This document shows, one piece after another, positions 1 to 11,400 of a DNA stretch of 58,048 bases. The stretch is taken from IMG/VR virus record IMGVR_UViG_3300037519_000101; one strand, given 5' to 3'. Under the pieces are notes generated by a model. It had not been told where the DNA came from. It was given only the letters and a program-made list of their open reading frames with translations, and did no database searches. Numbering within the stretch: the first letter of the stretch is position 1; every line of letters starts with the position of its first letter. Origin of the DNA: an uncultured virus (IMG/VR IMGVR_UViG_3300037519_000101). Lineage: Duplodnaviria; Heunggongvirae; Uroviricota; Caudoviricetes. A program made the translations under genes and the position numbers.

Positions 1-738
1 AGCTTTTGCTTCATCTTTTCTTTTTACATATGCTTCTGTAGAATATTTCTTTTGTAAAGCAGGATCATTAATGTAATCAGCATAAAACATCTTTTGTAGT
101 GTAGGAATAATAAGGTCTCCATTTTTTTGTCTAACTGTATACATACCACTTGCATCTGGTTCAGTAATATCAACAGATAAGTTGTATTCCTTAGCCATAT
201 CCAAGTATTGTTTTGTAGCATTAACATTTGGAGTATACATAATATTTCCAAAACCTAAAACATCAGCTTCAGCTGCATTTTTAAATTCTTCCAATCTGTA
301 ATCCATGTCTTTAATACCTACATCCCAGTATGCACCTCTATCTTCTTTATTTTTACTTGCTGCTAATGCTAATGCTCTTGACTTTTCATCTTTATAGTTC
401 TTAGTAAGAGCCATATCTTTCATCAAGTTCTTATTTTCATAGACAGGTCTAAAAATTTGTTTAGCTTGTTCTACATTTTGTTCAAGAGATAAATCTAAAC
501 CTGATACTCTCTTTAATTCATAGTCTATATTTTTTAGATAATCATCTTTCATCTTATTACTAGAATCTCTAGTAACATCTTGATAGTATAATTGTCCATA
601 TAAATTATTTAATTGCTTATAATTCTTGTCATATTGATTTTGCTTTGTTTGCAAAACATTATTATAAAAATTATAGTCAGGCTGAAATGGTTGAAAATCA
701 GGAATATAATCTGTTACACCTTGTATATATGAAGCCAT
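1..738 (-). CDS. Putative virion cargo/ejection protein, N-terminal part (runs off the window; missing from ORF track)
   Basis: ATG at 738 opens a frame with no stop to position 1 (MASYIQGVTDYIPDFQPFQPDYNFYNNVLQTKQNQYDKNY...). Lies downstream of other cargo-like genes. Confidence 0.7.
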   Translation of the reverse strand, partial: MASYIQGVTDYIPDFQPFQPDYNFYNNVLQTKQNQYDKNYKQLNNLYGQLYYQDVTRDSSNKMKDDYLKNIDYELKRVSGLDLSLEQNVEQAKQIFRPVYENKNLMKDMALTKNYKDEKSRALALAASKNKEDRGAYWDVGIKDMDYRLEEFKNAAEADVLGFGNIMYTPNVNATKQYLDMAKEYNLSVDITEPDASGMYTVRQKNGDLIIPTLQKMFYADYINDPALQKKYSTEAYVKRKDEAKA

Positions 739-798
739 AATTAATTTTTTCTATTGTAAATCTATAAAATTTTTAATTTCTCAGTAAACATCAAAAGT

Positions 799-3630
799 TT
801 AGAGTATAAATGGGTAAGTTATATCACTATACATAAAGCCTCCTTTTTGTTTATATATTGACATAACTTTTTGAGCATCCTCATCACTACCATCACCACC
901 AGAACTCATACTTTCGCTTTTGCGTTTTGCACAATTTTCAAGAGCCTGACCCTCAAGACCTTGTTTTCTACAAAATGCATATATTGCATCATCATCAGGT
1001 CCTGACATTTCAGGTTTAACCTTTCTAGATTTAGTCGGATCATATGTAACTTTACCACCTCTACCAGCAGCAGTATCAAACTGAGGATACAATTGATTCA
1101 TCGCATCTGTTTTCATCATGTTTGTTATACCTGATGTAGTTTGATTCAATAAATTATTTCTTAATGCTCTCTTAGTATTATCATACTGTTGATTAGAAAT
1201 TGTATTTTGGTCATACATTTTTTGTTGAGCCGCTGTATTTAATTGTTGCTCTTGATTCTCAATGTTAGAAATATTTGATTCAAATTGGTTAGCAATATTT
1301 ACATTGGCGTTATTGTATTTAGCCATTACATCAGCAGCATTTTTACTAGCCGCACCCATCACACCAGAAGATCTAGCTGACAAAGCTTGAGGACCTGCAA
1401 ATTGACCCAAAGCTTGAGTTTGGATATTAGCTTGTTCAGCATTAGCAGCAAGTTCTCTTGTTGGATCCATGAATGTAGGTTTTGGTGTTCTCAAATCATA
1501 CTTAGCAGCCCAAGGCATGTATTTCTTAGCACCCATTAAATCACCAAAAGCACCTGCAATTTTCATTTTATCTTGCAACCACATTTCAGGTTCAGTCTCT
1601 TGAGCAGGAGTACCACTTTCTACACATGGAGGACAACTATTATCAGCATTTCTTTCTGGTACATAAGAAGTTCCATCAGCTCTAGTACATTCTGGACATG
1701 GACCTGTAGCTTGTTCTTTCTTTTCTTCTGGTACAGCTTCAAAGTTTCCTCTATCAACTGCTGGATCAACACCATGAGCAAGTGTGGAATTTTCTGCATC
1801 ACCATCTATAGGAGACATTGTAGCATATTCAGAACCATATAATGTTCCCATTTCAGTTTCATCTGCACCACCTGTATTAGTTTCTCTACTTTTATCTTTT
1901 CCTAAGAATTGATACATTGAATATTTTTGATCATCATCAAATTTATCATAAGCACCACTTTTTTTATTTCTTTGTACTCCTGCAATAGCATGTGTACTAG
2001 CTTGCTCAAGAATAGTTGTTTTTACATCAGGTAATGTAATACCAGTTGCCTCAGCAACTTTTTCTTTACTTGTCCAATTATTATCTGTGTATTGTTTATT
2101 TATTTTTTTAGCATCATCAAGAGTCATAGTTGAGCCATCAGCTTTTTTAATACCAGCAGCAACCATTTGTTCTGGTGTCATAAGTTTACCTTTGTAATTT
2201 GTAAAAAGTTGCATGTCAACACCTGTTTCTTTTATTTTATCATTTCTTTGCTTTTGACTTAATAAATATTTTACAGCATCATCATCTGATATGTCCATTT
2301 TAGAATACATCTCAAATCTTTTATCAGCATTTTTAGTTTTACCATAGGCAGCTCTATTTTTTAATGCTGCTCTATATTCTTTAACATACTCTTCTCTAAC
2401 TTTTGATTTTGGATTTCTTAATTCTGTTTCTAGATATTTATATTGAGCTTGATGTAGTGCTTTAAGGTCATCTAGTGTTGGAGCATCTTTTTTAGTAGGT
2501 GGTACATATCTTGCAGGTTTACCATTTAACAATATGTTAGGTTCTTTACCTGGATGTTTATCTTTCCACATGTAATATCTTTTATTAGATTCTTCAGGAT
2601 CTAAACCTGTAACATCTAATGTACCATCATCTGCTGGAGCACCTCCTGCAGCACCAGTAGAACTAGCACCTTCAGCACCTTGATATGTTCTTAAAGCACC
2701 ACCTCTAGCATACATAGCAGACTTAGGTCTTCCCATATAGTTCTTAGAAGTAATACCCATAGACATACCATATTCAGCTTCTGGCATATCATCACCATAA
2801 GGTAAATCATATCCACCCATAGCCATACCATATTGTGCCATCGGTTGTTCCATTTCTCCTGGTTGAGCAACAGGTTGTCCTTGATTCATCTCTTGAGCTT
2901 GTTGAGCTTGTTGAGCAAAATCCGGATCTTGTTCTGCAGTATTTTGTTCTTGCTCTATTGCTTGTAATTTACCATCTATTTGTCCGGCAAACTGTTTAAT
3001 AGAAGGATCAACAAATGTATCTTCAGTGTATTGATTTTCTGCACTCATTGGTTTTGCTACAGCCGGCATACCTTGAGGGAATCCTTTCTTACCTTCTTGT
3101 ACTAAAGCTAATGCAGCAAGTTTAGACTGATAATTTTTAATCATCAATTCTGCAGTTTTTCTATCAATTGCATCTGAGTCTGGATCTTGAAGAATCTTTC
3201 TGTACTTCTCAATATCATATTGTTTAGCAAGTGCAGCTGGAGTATAACTTTTCTTACCCTTACTACCTTTACCAAACATTTGTAAGAACTCAGGTTCTTT
3301 AATATTCATACCTCTGAAGTCACTGTATATGAAAGTGTCATCAGGTAAGTTTAATGGAACACCACCGCCAGAGTGTCTAGCACCTTTGATGATTTTGTGT
3401 TCCGGCATTCCATCACCATTGATATCACCATATACAGTTTCTCCTCCTTCAGCTTCTAGATTAGCTTCTTCTCTAGGAACAGCCGTCATATACTTACTAG
3501 CTTTCAGATTTGGTTTACCTATATAAGTATTATAGTCTGCACCACCCATAGCTGGTACATCATTAGCTAAAGAACCTTGTACTTGGTATCCTGTTCTAGC
3601 TTGCGGTACTTTTTTAATTCTTACTTTCAT
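799..3630 (-). CDS. Putative virion cargo/ejection protein (943 aa)
   Basis: N-terminal EAEGGETV..GARHSGGGVP domain typical of crAss-like cargo proteins; Q/N-rich helical C-terminus; xxxGG motifs; downstream of the muzzle gene. Confidence 0.65.
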   Translation of the reverse strand: MKVRIKKVPQARTGYQVQGSLANDVPAMGGADYNTYIGKPNLKASKYMTAVPREEANLEAEGGETVYGDINGDGMPEHKIIKGARHSGGGVPLNLPDDTFIYSDFRGMNIKEPEFLQMFGKGSKGKKSYTPAALAKQYDIEKYRKILQDPDSDAIDRKTAELMIKNYQSKLAALALVQEGKKGFPQGMPAVAKPMSAENQYTEDTFVDPSIKQFAGQIDGKLQAIEQEQNTAEQDPDFAQQAQQAQEMNQGQPVAQPGEMEQPMAQYGMAMGGYDLPYGDDMPEAEYGMSMGITSKNYMGRPKSAMYARGGALRTYQGAEGASSTGAAGGAPADDGTLDVTGLDPEESNKRYYMWKDKHPGKEPNILLNGKPARYVPPTKKDAPTLDDLKALHQAQYKYLETELRNPKSKVREEYVKEYRAALKNRAAYGKTKNADKRFEMYSKMDISDDDAVKYLLSQKQRNDKIKETGVDMQLFTNYKGKLMTPEQMVAAGIKKADGSTMTLDDAKKINKQYTDNNWTSKEKVAEATGITLPDVKTTILEQASTHAIAGVQRNKKSGAYDKFDDDQKYSMYQFLGKDKSRETNTGGADETEMGTLYGSEYATMSPIDGDAENSTLAHGVDPAVDRGNFEAVPEEKKEQATGPCPECTRADGTSYVPERNADNSCPPCVESGTPAQETEPEMWLQDKMKIAGAFGDLMGAKKYMPWAAKYDLRTPKPTFMDPTRELAANAEQANIQTQALGQFAGPQALSARSSGVMGAASKNAADVMAKYNNANVNIANQFESNISNIENQEQQLNTAAQQKMYDQNTISNQQYDNTKRALRNNLLNQTTSGITNMMKTDAMNQLYPQFDTAAGRGGKVTYDPTKSRKVKPEMSGPDDDAIYAFCRKQGLEGQALENCAKRKSESMSSGGDGSDEDAQKVMSIYKQKGGFMYSDITYPFIL

Positions 3631-3640
3631 CTTATTAAGA

Positions 3641-6223
3641 TTATAAATATTCTACTTCACCTCCGTTAGCAATAAATTCTGCTAGTTCTTCTTCAGTCAT
3701 ATCAACTTCATCTCCCTCAGTATATCCACCATCTTGCATATAACCACCTCTTTGACCATATGCAAATCTACCCATAGTTTCTTGACCTGTTTCATTAGGT
3801 CTAAACATTCCTGTTTGTTGACCATAAGCTACATAATCTCCTTTGTCTTTATTAGTAGATGCTCCATAAAGTTTATCAGCATTAAAGTTATTTGCATACA
3901 TTTCATTTTGTTGCTTAGCTTGATCTAAACCACGCATTCCACTTGTAAATGCATCAATACCAGCATTCAACTTCATGTTAAAATTAGTACCGTTGAACTT
4001 TCTTTTTGTTTCTACATCTTGAGCAATTAAATCATCATCTTCTTTATTATCACTTACAGGACTTTCTCCTACTGCCTCTACAGCTCCTGATAAACTTTGA
4101 AAACTTTTTGGTAGACCTGGTATTCCTGCTGATGGTTGTATCGGTCCTAATGAAGCTGTAGCATCAGATGCCGGATTTACACCATTAGTAGGTGACTTAA
4201 CACCTATTTGAGCTTTTGGTAAACCACCATATCTTTTTTCATACTCAGCTTCTCTACCTTCTTGTTCCATTTGCATTCTCATTGCTTCTTCCTCAGCTTC
4301 TTTTTTTGTTGTTGCTTTTGATTTACCTGTAGGGAATCTATAATAAGGATTTAAACCTGGATCATCCATACTAGAAGAAGGTGTAAATTCTTCTCTAGTT
4401 TGTACTGCATTTTGTATTGTTGGTATATACCAATTGTCTATAAAATCACCTCTATCTGAATTATTTAATAATTGTGAATTAGGATTAAGATAAGTCTCAA
4501 GTACTCTTTGTTTTTTTAACATATTTTCTCTTTCCGCATTTGAAGTATTTATCATTTCAATATCTTCATCAGACAATCCTTCTGGTAATGCAGCTTCAGT
4601 AGTTCCATTATCCCACCATTCTGGAGTATCCATACCAATTTTAGTAGACCATGCTGCAGCATCTTTCATTGCTGCTTTAAGTTCTTTTTCTTTTTGCTTT
4701 CTCTCTTCCTCATCAACATTAACAAAATTAACACCTTTGTTAAATTCTTTTGTTTCATTTTCTAACTTAGCCCACTTTCTTTCTTGTCTTTTTTCTCTTC
4801 TAGACAATTTTTCATATTGCTCATCAGGTATGTTATACTCACGTTTTTTTGAATCATCATCATAAACATCTCTTTGTGGTTTATGATTTGGTTGAGGTCC
4901 TCTTTTAAGTTCATCAATATAATCTTCACCAACTTTACCAATGTTACCACTTTTAGAATAGTAATCAGTATATTTTTTAGGTCTCCCTAATATACCTCTC
5001 TTATGTACAGTTCTTGCTACAGGAGTTAAACCTGTCAAAGGATCTCTATACAAAGCACCAGTCTTAGCGTTATATGGATTATTAGCTGTAGTATATTTTT
5101 CTCCTAATAAGAAGTCACCAGCTTTTTGAATAAATCCTTTTTGTGCTTGAGGCATATCAAAACCACCTTGACTAAACATGTCAGGCTGATTCTCTCCTAT
5201 ATAACCACCTTGTTGTGCTATAGGTTCAAAGCTTCCCATTTGACTTGACTTCTGTCTGTTCTGAGCAAGTTCTTGTGCAGATTGCATTAACTCAGGATCA
5301 TTAGACTTCATCATCTTATCATAGATAGAATCTATAGCAGCTTTACTGGATACTTCTTTTAGTTTATCAGTGAATGAAGATTTAATTTTAGAAACTTCAT
5401 TTGTTAAAGTATCTTTTTTATTGCCTTTACCTATTTCAGTAGACTCTTCTGCATCACCACCTTCTTGTTTTTTAATAAGAGATAATACATTTTTTGTAAA
5501 GTTCTTTTTAGAACCTCCTTTTTTATAGTAACCATAACCATCTCCTAATGTATCCCATTCAATAGGTGTATAGTTACCTTCATATTCACTTATGTCTTTT
5601 CCAAAATCACTAAAGTCATCATCTTCAGTTTTACCTACAAAGTCCTCAAGTGAAATTAATCTGTCATTTAAATCATCACTAGCATTTTCTTCTTCACCTT
5701 CATTAGCTGATAATTGTTCATATGATAAAATTGGTCCACCATCTTGATATTCTTCTTCACTGTTAGCAATTACATTTGAGTCTTCTTCATCAGCATATGA
5801 ATTATAATAATTCATACCATCACTTGCAGCATCTTCTTCTTCAGTCTCTTGATTCTCTTGACCTACAGGTTGAAATTCAGACTGACCAATTTTAGATTCT
5901 TCAGCAGATCCTTCTTTAGTTTCTGGTTGCTCTTCTTCTTCTGGAGCTTCCATTTCTTGCATAACTTGAGTTAAAATAGGATATGCTACTTCTTTAGGAA
6001 TACCTTTGGAGATTAGTAGTTTGTATACTTCTTCCGGTTCCATTTGATTATCCAAAGCACCAGTTACATATTGCTTCAAAGCTTCTATTTGTTTTTCCTG
6101 CATAATATCTTCAGAAGATGTTTCTGCACCCATTTGAGCTTTCTTTAAAAACTGACCTGTTTTATTTATATATTCACCTTGTCCATTCGGAGCTTTGTAA
6201 ATTCTAACTGTTCTTCTTTCCAT
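3641..6223 (-). CDS. Putative virion cargo protein, acidic/low complexity (860 aa)
   Basis: Acidic low-complexity stretches, about 11 xxxGG/AQxG motifs, C-terminal EVDMTEEELAEFIANGGEVEYL module; position in the cargo cluster. Confidence 0.6.
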   Translation of the reverse strand: MERRTVRIYKAPNGQGEYINKTGQFLKKAQMGAETSSEDIMQEKQIEALKQYVTGALDNQMEPEEVYKLLISKGIPKEVAYPILTQVMQEMEAPEEEEQPETKEGSAEESKIGQSEFQPVGQENQETEEEDAASDGMNYYNSYADEEDSNVIANSEEEYQDGGPILSYEQLSANEGEEENASDDLNDRLISLEDFVGKTEDDDFSDFGKDISEYEGNYTPIEWDTLGDGYGYYKKGGSKKNFTKNVLSLIKKQEGGDAEESTEIGKGNKKDTLTNEVSKIKSSFTDKLKEVSSKAAIDSIYDKMMKSNDPELMQSAQELAQNRQKSSQMGSFEPIAQQGGYIGENQPDMFSQGGFDMPQAQKGFIQKAGDFLLGEKYTTANNPYNAKTGALYRDPLTGLTPVARTVHKRGILGRPKKYTDYYSKSGNIGKVGEDYIDELKRGPQPNHKPQRDVYDDDSKKREYNIPDEQYEKLSRREKRQERKWAKLENETKEFNKGVNFVNVDEEERKQKEKELKAAMKDAAAWSTKIGMDTPEWWDNGTTEAALPEGLSDEDIEMINTSNAERENMLKKQRVLETYLNPNSQLLNNSDRGDFIDNWYIPTIQNAVQTREEFTPSSSMDDPGLNPYYRFPTGKSKATTKKEAEEEAMRMQMEQEGREAEYEKRYGGLPKAQIGVKSPTNGVNPASDATASLGPIQPSAGIPGLPKSFQSLSGAVEAVGESPVSDNKEDDDLIAQDVETKRKFNGTNFNMKLNAGIDAFTSGMRGLDQAKQQNEMYANNFNADKLYGASTNKDKGDYVAYGQQTGMFRPNETGQETMGRFAYGQRGGYMQDGGYTEGDEVDMTEEELAEFIANGGEVEYL

Positions 6224-6281
6224 TTGTAAAGATTATAATTTAATATACTAAAAATAAATTTATTGTTTAAACTTTAAAAAT

Positions 6282-8486
6282 TTACTTAACATCCTCAACT
6301 ATGTAACCTTGTTTAATATAGTCTTGAATTTCTGCATGAGTTAAATCAGCAACAATACCACCTTTCTTCATTTGTTTAGCTTTTTGTTGTTTAGGCATGT
6401 TCATCAATGCTGCTCCAGTTATACCAACAGGTGCTAAAGCCCATGATCTGTTTATACCAGCAATTATGTTTCTTCTTGTTTTAGCACTTTGCCCTGCAGT
6501 TTGTGTATGACCAGTTAGCATTTCACCAATATCTTGCATACCTCTTGGCATATTACCTTTTCCTTGAACCATATGTTCTTCATTAACCCATTTGTTATAG
6601 TCATTAGCAAATAAATCAAAATCTTTTTCACTTATTGGTTCATGTTTAGATATACCATATTTATTATTCAAGTAATTTTTAATTCTATTAAATCTTACTT
6701 GCTGTTCATAGTCAGAACCTAAATAACCATCTTTATCAATTTTTTTACTAATTTTTAAGTTAGGGTAATTTTTGTACTTAGGCATTCCTTTAAAAGTGCT
6801 TTGATTTGCTGGAGATAAAGCATGTCCAATTTCATGATCTAAAACGTGCAAAGCCTCAGTTCTAGAACTTACCTTATCAGGGTTAACACCGGTAACATCC
6901 TTTGATTTCTTACCAAGAAACCATTTTCTATCTCCTCTTATATGACCTCCTGGATATTCAATATTTAAACCAAGATCAATGTCTGATTTTTTTAAATTAT
7001 TTATGTAACTATCTATATCTTTTTTAATCTGTTTAGTAGTTTCTCCTGTTACTGATTGTCTACGTTTGATGTAGTTGGGATGTGTAAGATATTCTAGATT
7101 TTGATTTATAAGTTGATGAACATCTTTTTCATTAATATCATAACCACGTGTTTGTTTAGTAGGTAAATTTTTAATATTTGGTCTTATACCAAAATCTTTT
7201 ACAGGAGTTTTTTGTAAAACATATTCTGCATCAGGATGTTCTGTTAATGATTTTGGCCAGTATTCATTTTGCAATGCATCATTATATGCAGTAACTTTTG
7301 AAAGTTTACTTGATTTATTTTGTGTCTTAGCTAATTTACCTAACTGTTTAAGACCTTTACCTGCTGCATTATACAAAGGAATAGCATCTAAAGCTGTATA
7401 CATATTTTCAGCAACGGCATCTACATAGTCAGAAACTTTACCAGACTTATTAGCTTTTTTCCAAGGTTCAGCAACTTTACCAGTTACTATATCAGTTAAT
7501 GCAGTACCAGCAAATTCTGAAGCTACTAGATTATTAATACTTGATCCAGGTAAACTTTTAATTAAAGACTTTTTAAGTCCAGCTCTACCTGCCTGAACTA
7601 ATGATGATTTAAGAGCATTACGCCCAAGAGAAGTTAAACCTTTTACTAAACCAACTGTACCTTTAAGTCCTGCACTTGTCATACCAATAGGTAATGTCCA
7701 AACATCATCTACTGATTGTAATGCACCATCATTCATTTCAATCTCTCTAGGATCAGGTTTATAATTTTCTTGAGATACAGAATTACTTTTTGGATAAGTT
7801 GTTGAAGCATCTTGTTTATAAAATACTTTACCATCTTTTGTTTTTACTTTATAATGAGTGATACCTTTTGAATCCTGTACTTTAGTTGTAATATTACCTT
7901 TCTTATCAGTATGTACACTTGTAGTTCCTACAGTACCATCATCACCAATATGAGTAGCAAATTTATCTTTAGCTCCACCTTTCTGAGCTTGATTAAGTTC
8001 TGGTACAGATATGTCTTCTACAATGAATCCACCTTTTCTGTATTCTTCTATTTCATCATCTGTAAGTTCTGCTTCTATATAACCTCCACCTTGAAAGTAA
8101 TCTACATTTGGATCATATACTCTTTTTGAGTAATCTTGGAATAAAGGACCTTTTTGCATGAGCTTATTCATACCCATTATACTCTTAGTCTTTCTCTTCT
8201 TTTTAGTTCCTCCTTTTTTCATTTGAGGATACTCATCTACATACTCTGCTCCAGGAAAAGTATAGTCTGCTCCCGGAAGCATTATCTTTCTCTGACCATT
8301 ATTAGCCACACCTAATACAGGATAACCTACTCCTTTCATAGTAATATCATTACTAGGAATTCTAGTAGGTAAACCAGGATACTTCCACTGACCCATTGGA
8401 TCAGTGATTATATCTTTTGGTTTCTTAGGAGCTTTAGCCTTGTCCAACTCAGCTGTAGCTTTAGATAGAGTCTTCTTGTTATACAT
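6282..8486 (-). CDS. Putative cargo protein with C-terminal zincin-like metallopeptidase domain (734 aa)
   Basis: HEIGH (HExxH) at 6822-6836 with downstream E (DYEQQVRF); N-terminal DPMGQWKYPG..PSNDITMKGV domain. Confidence 0.6.
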   Translation of the reverse strand: MYNKKTLSKATAELDKAKAPKKPKDIITDPMGQWKYPGLPTRIPSNDITMKGVGYPVLGVANNGQRKIMLPGADYTFPGAEYVDEYPQMKKGGTKKKRKTKSIMGMNKLMQKGPLFQDYSKRVYDPNVDYFQGGGYIEAELTDDEIEEYRKGGFIVEDISVPELNQAQKGGAKDKFATHIGDDGTVGTTSVHTDKKGNITTKVQDSKGITHYKVKTKDGKVFYKQDASTTYPKSNSVSQENYKPDPREIEMNDGALQSVDDVWTLPIGMTSAGLKGTVGLVKGLTSLGRNALKSSLVQAGRAGLKKSLIKSLPGSSINNLVASEFAGTALTDIVTGKVAEPWKKANKSGKVSDYVDAVAENMYTALDAIPLYNAAGKGLKQLGKLAKTQNKSSKLSKVTAYNDALQNEYWPKSLTEHPDAEYVLQKTPVKDFGIRPNIKNLPTKQTRGYDINEKDVHQLINQNLEYLTHPNYIKRRQSVTGETTKQIKKDIDSYINNLKKSDIDLGLNIEYPGGHIRGDRKWFLGKKSKDVTGVNPDKVSSRTEALHVLDHEIGHALSPANQSTFKGMPKYKNYPNLKISKKIDKDGYLGSDYEQQVRFNRIKNYLNNKYGISKHEPISEKDFDLFANDYNKWVNEEHMVQGKGNMPRGMQDIGEMLTGHTQTAGQSAKTRRNIIAGINRSWALAPVGITGAALMNMPKQQKAKQMKKGGIVADLTHAEIQDYIKQGYIVEDVK

Positions 8487-11400
8487 TATCTTAGAGAAAT
8501 TTCATTTTTACTATTATCAATTTTCAACACAATGTTAGTGTTACCAGATATATTTTTCTTGAAGTTAATAAAACTCATGTAATGTCTGAATTTTTTTCTT
8601 TGTAATTCTGGTTTAGCATAGTTAAGATTATTCTGATTTAATACTCTTCTAAAACCATCTGGTTCTGTAATCCATGTATTTAAATTGCTATAATTACCTA
8701 ACAATGTTGTAGTCCCCGGTCCATATGGTCCTTGTCCAACAGGATAAGTTGTACCAATTGGAAACTCACCTCTATCTTTTGTAATATCCCAGAACTGATT
8801 AAATCTATATTTGTTTTCTTCTTTTGAAAATAAAATATCAAATGAAGTTAAGGTAGTTGGATTCAATCTAGGAAATTGTCTTGTAAGAACAAGATCATTC
8901 TTAGGATATATATTAAGATTTAAGTAACCTGATACTTGTTCTGAGTTATACACAACAGCTGTATCAAAGTTATAATCTAATACATGATAAGAATCTACAC
9001 AGTTATCTGTTTTTCTATATGCTTCCATTATGTATTCTACTGATCTTGTAGTTGTAACCGCTTGACCTGTTGTAATTGGAACATCAATTTCACATGCATA
9101 ATCAATACCATAATAATTACAATACTTATCACAGATCCAGTTATGTCTCCAACCACCGGTACCTTTTGTAGATATAAATACATCTTTAGTAGGCATAAAT
9201 AAATCTGGATGCCAGTCATGGAAACTAATCCAGAACTGATTCTTAGGATCATAACTTATAGTCCATGAAGCATCTCTAAATAAGATTGGGTCACCAAGTT
9301 TAAATCTAGCTGTAGTATTACCATTAATGATAAAATAATCACCTGTGCTATCACCTTTAAGTGGAATGTATGTTACTTTACCTTTGTATTTATCTTTAAG
9401 TTGATAATCTTTTTTACAGAAGTATAGAATAGTATTTGTATTATCAAACACTGCTTGACATCCAATACCTGCTACAGGATTATCTTGATAAGGATATAAT
9501 GGGAAATCTTCTGTTAATTTGTACGGTAAGAACAAAGTGAACCACCATTTCATACCTTGCTGAGAAATCTCTTGTAGTCCTTCTCCCACTGAGAATATTT
9601 TACCTGCCGCTTGAGACATGTAGAATATACCAACTGGTGTAGATATTACAGACAATCTATTTTGAGATGCACCATACTCATATGGTTTATCTGCATTAGA
9701 TAATTGCTGTGGTGCTTGGCTGAATAAACCTCCGTCACCTAAAGTAACTTTAGTACCTAAATCAGTTTGCAGAGTATCTACTCCCTGATACATCATAGGA
9801 CTATCATTTTTAAATGTAATTATTAAACCAGATTTGTTTATTGATTTAACACCACTTACATGAGACTTAAATGCTTTGTAATTATTTACTAAATAAACAA
9901 ACCAACTATCTTTAATTGCTTCATCTTGTTGAGGCAATGAGTAAATAATTCTATTAGGATAGTATGTATAACATAAGTCAGCTACATTAGGATCATAGTA
10001 TCTATTTTGTACACTACCTAATGAAAAATATTGGTTATATAACTTAGATACACTTAATGAATAATCATATTGATTATAACTATTCACCCCATATATATTT
10101 GGGTTTGTATCAAACATTGCATTGTAATCAGTAAAGTTATATGGATTATAATACTTTCTTGCAATTTCTTCCGGTTGTGTTCTAAAATCAACTAATACTT
10201 CTGACTCAACAAAGAAATCTCTTATTGATGATACACCTAAATAAAAGTAAGAATCTTTACAAGTAAAGAATCCTGGATAGTTTTTTGCTTCATCCTTATT
10301 ATAATTATATTTTTTAGAAGTATCAACAAAGTAATCTAAATTATAAAAATCAGATGGTAATATACCTTCACCAGGAGCAAATGTATTTGTTCCAGTAATA
10401 AATCCTATAATATTTGTTATATTAAGAGCACCTGCTAAATCTTGTGCATCATAAAGTCTACTATTTAATCTAAACCTTGGATTAGGAATCATACTTCTCA
10501 AGTAATAATTATATTCAAAACCATCTGGTTGATCATATAACCAATCAAAGAAGAAACACATAGTATCTTTTTCAGTATATCTATTAATGTAAGTATCACC
10601 ACCAAACATTAAAGGAGTTCTGTAAATTGTATTTTTTATTATGTTAACAGAATTACAAACTAAAGTAGTAGAATTAATGGTATAATCAGAAAGCTTTTGC
10701 TCACATGTTCCAACCGGTAATTGCTTGATAGAATCTAACTGACCATACTGGTTTCTTACTCTACCTCTTATAGCACCATAGTGACTTTGAATAGGTAATG
10801 AAAAAGTTCTATCTACATCACCTTTAAAATCTGGTTTAACTGCACCTACAGGTAAATAAGTATTAAAACCTGGTACTTGTAATAATGTCCCTAGTGTAGT
10901 TAATGATTTATCACCTGTTAATAATTTAGGACCTTTGTTTTGATTATTACCAGCTTTAGTTCTCACAATTACTTTAGGCGATCTTTTTATATTATTGATA
11001 GTATAAGATCTCCATGTACCATTATTATCTTGATATCTAGAAACAGTTTGAATATTATCTCTTAAATAAAAACCATCTTCCATTTTAAATCTAGTAGTAT
11101 CAGTATTTAAGTTTTTATCAATATTAGAATAAAAACCATATGCTTTTTGTTGTAAAGCTTGTTGTTTATATCCTGTTAAAGCATAAATAAGATCTAAAGT
11201 TACTCTCATTCCTTCTGAAAAGTAATAAGCAAAGCTTCTAACGCTGTTTAAAAATTTTAATGACTCAGGTAAATATCTTGAAGCATTCCATTCAGAATGT
11301 ATTTCTTGAGATGTGTATATACCACCAAATACATCTTTTGCACTTTTAGCACCATCTTCATATACATCTTCATACTTACCACCACCTGCTGCAATATTTG

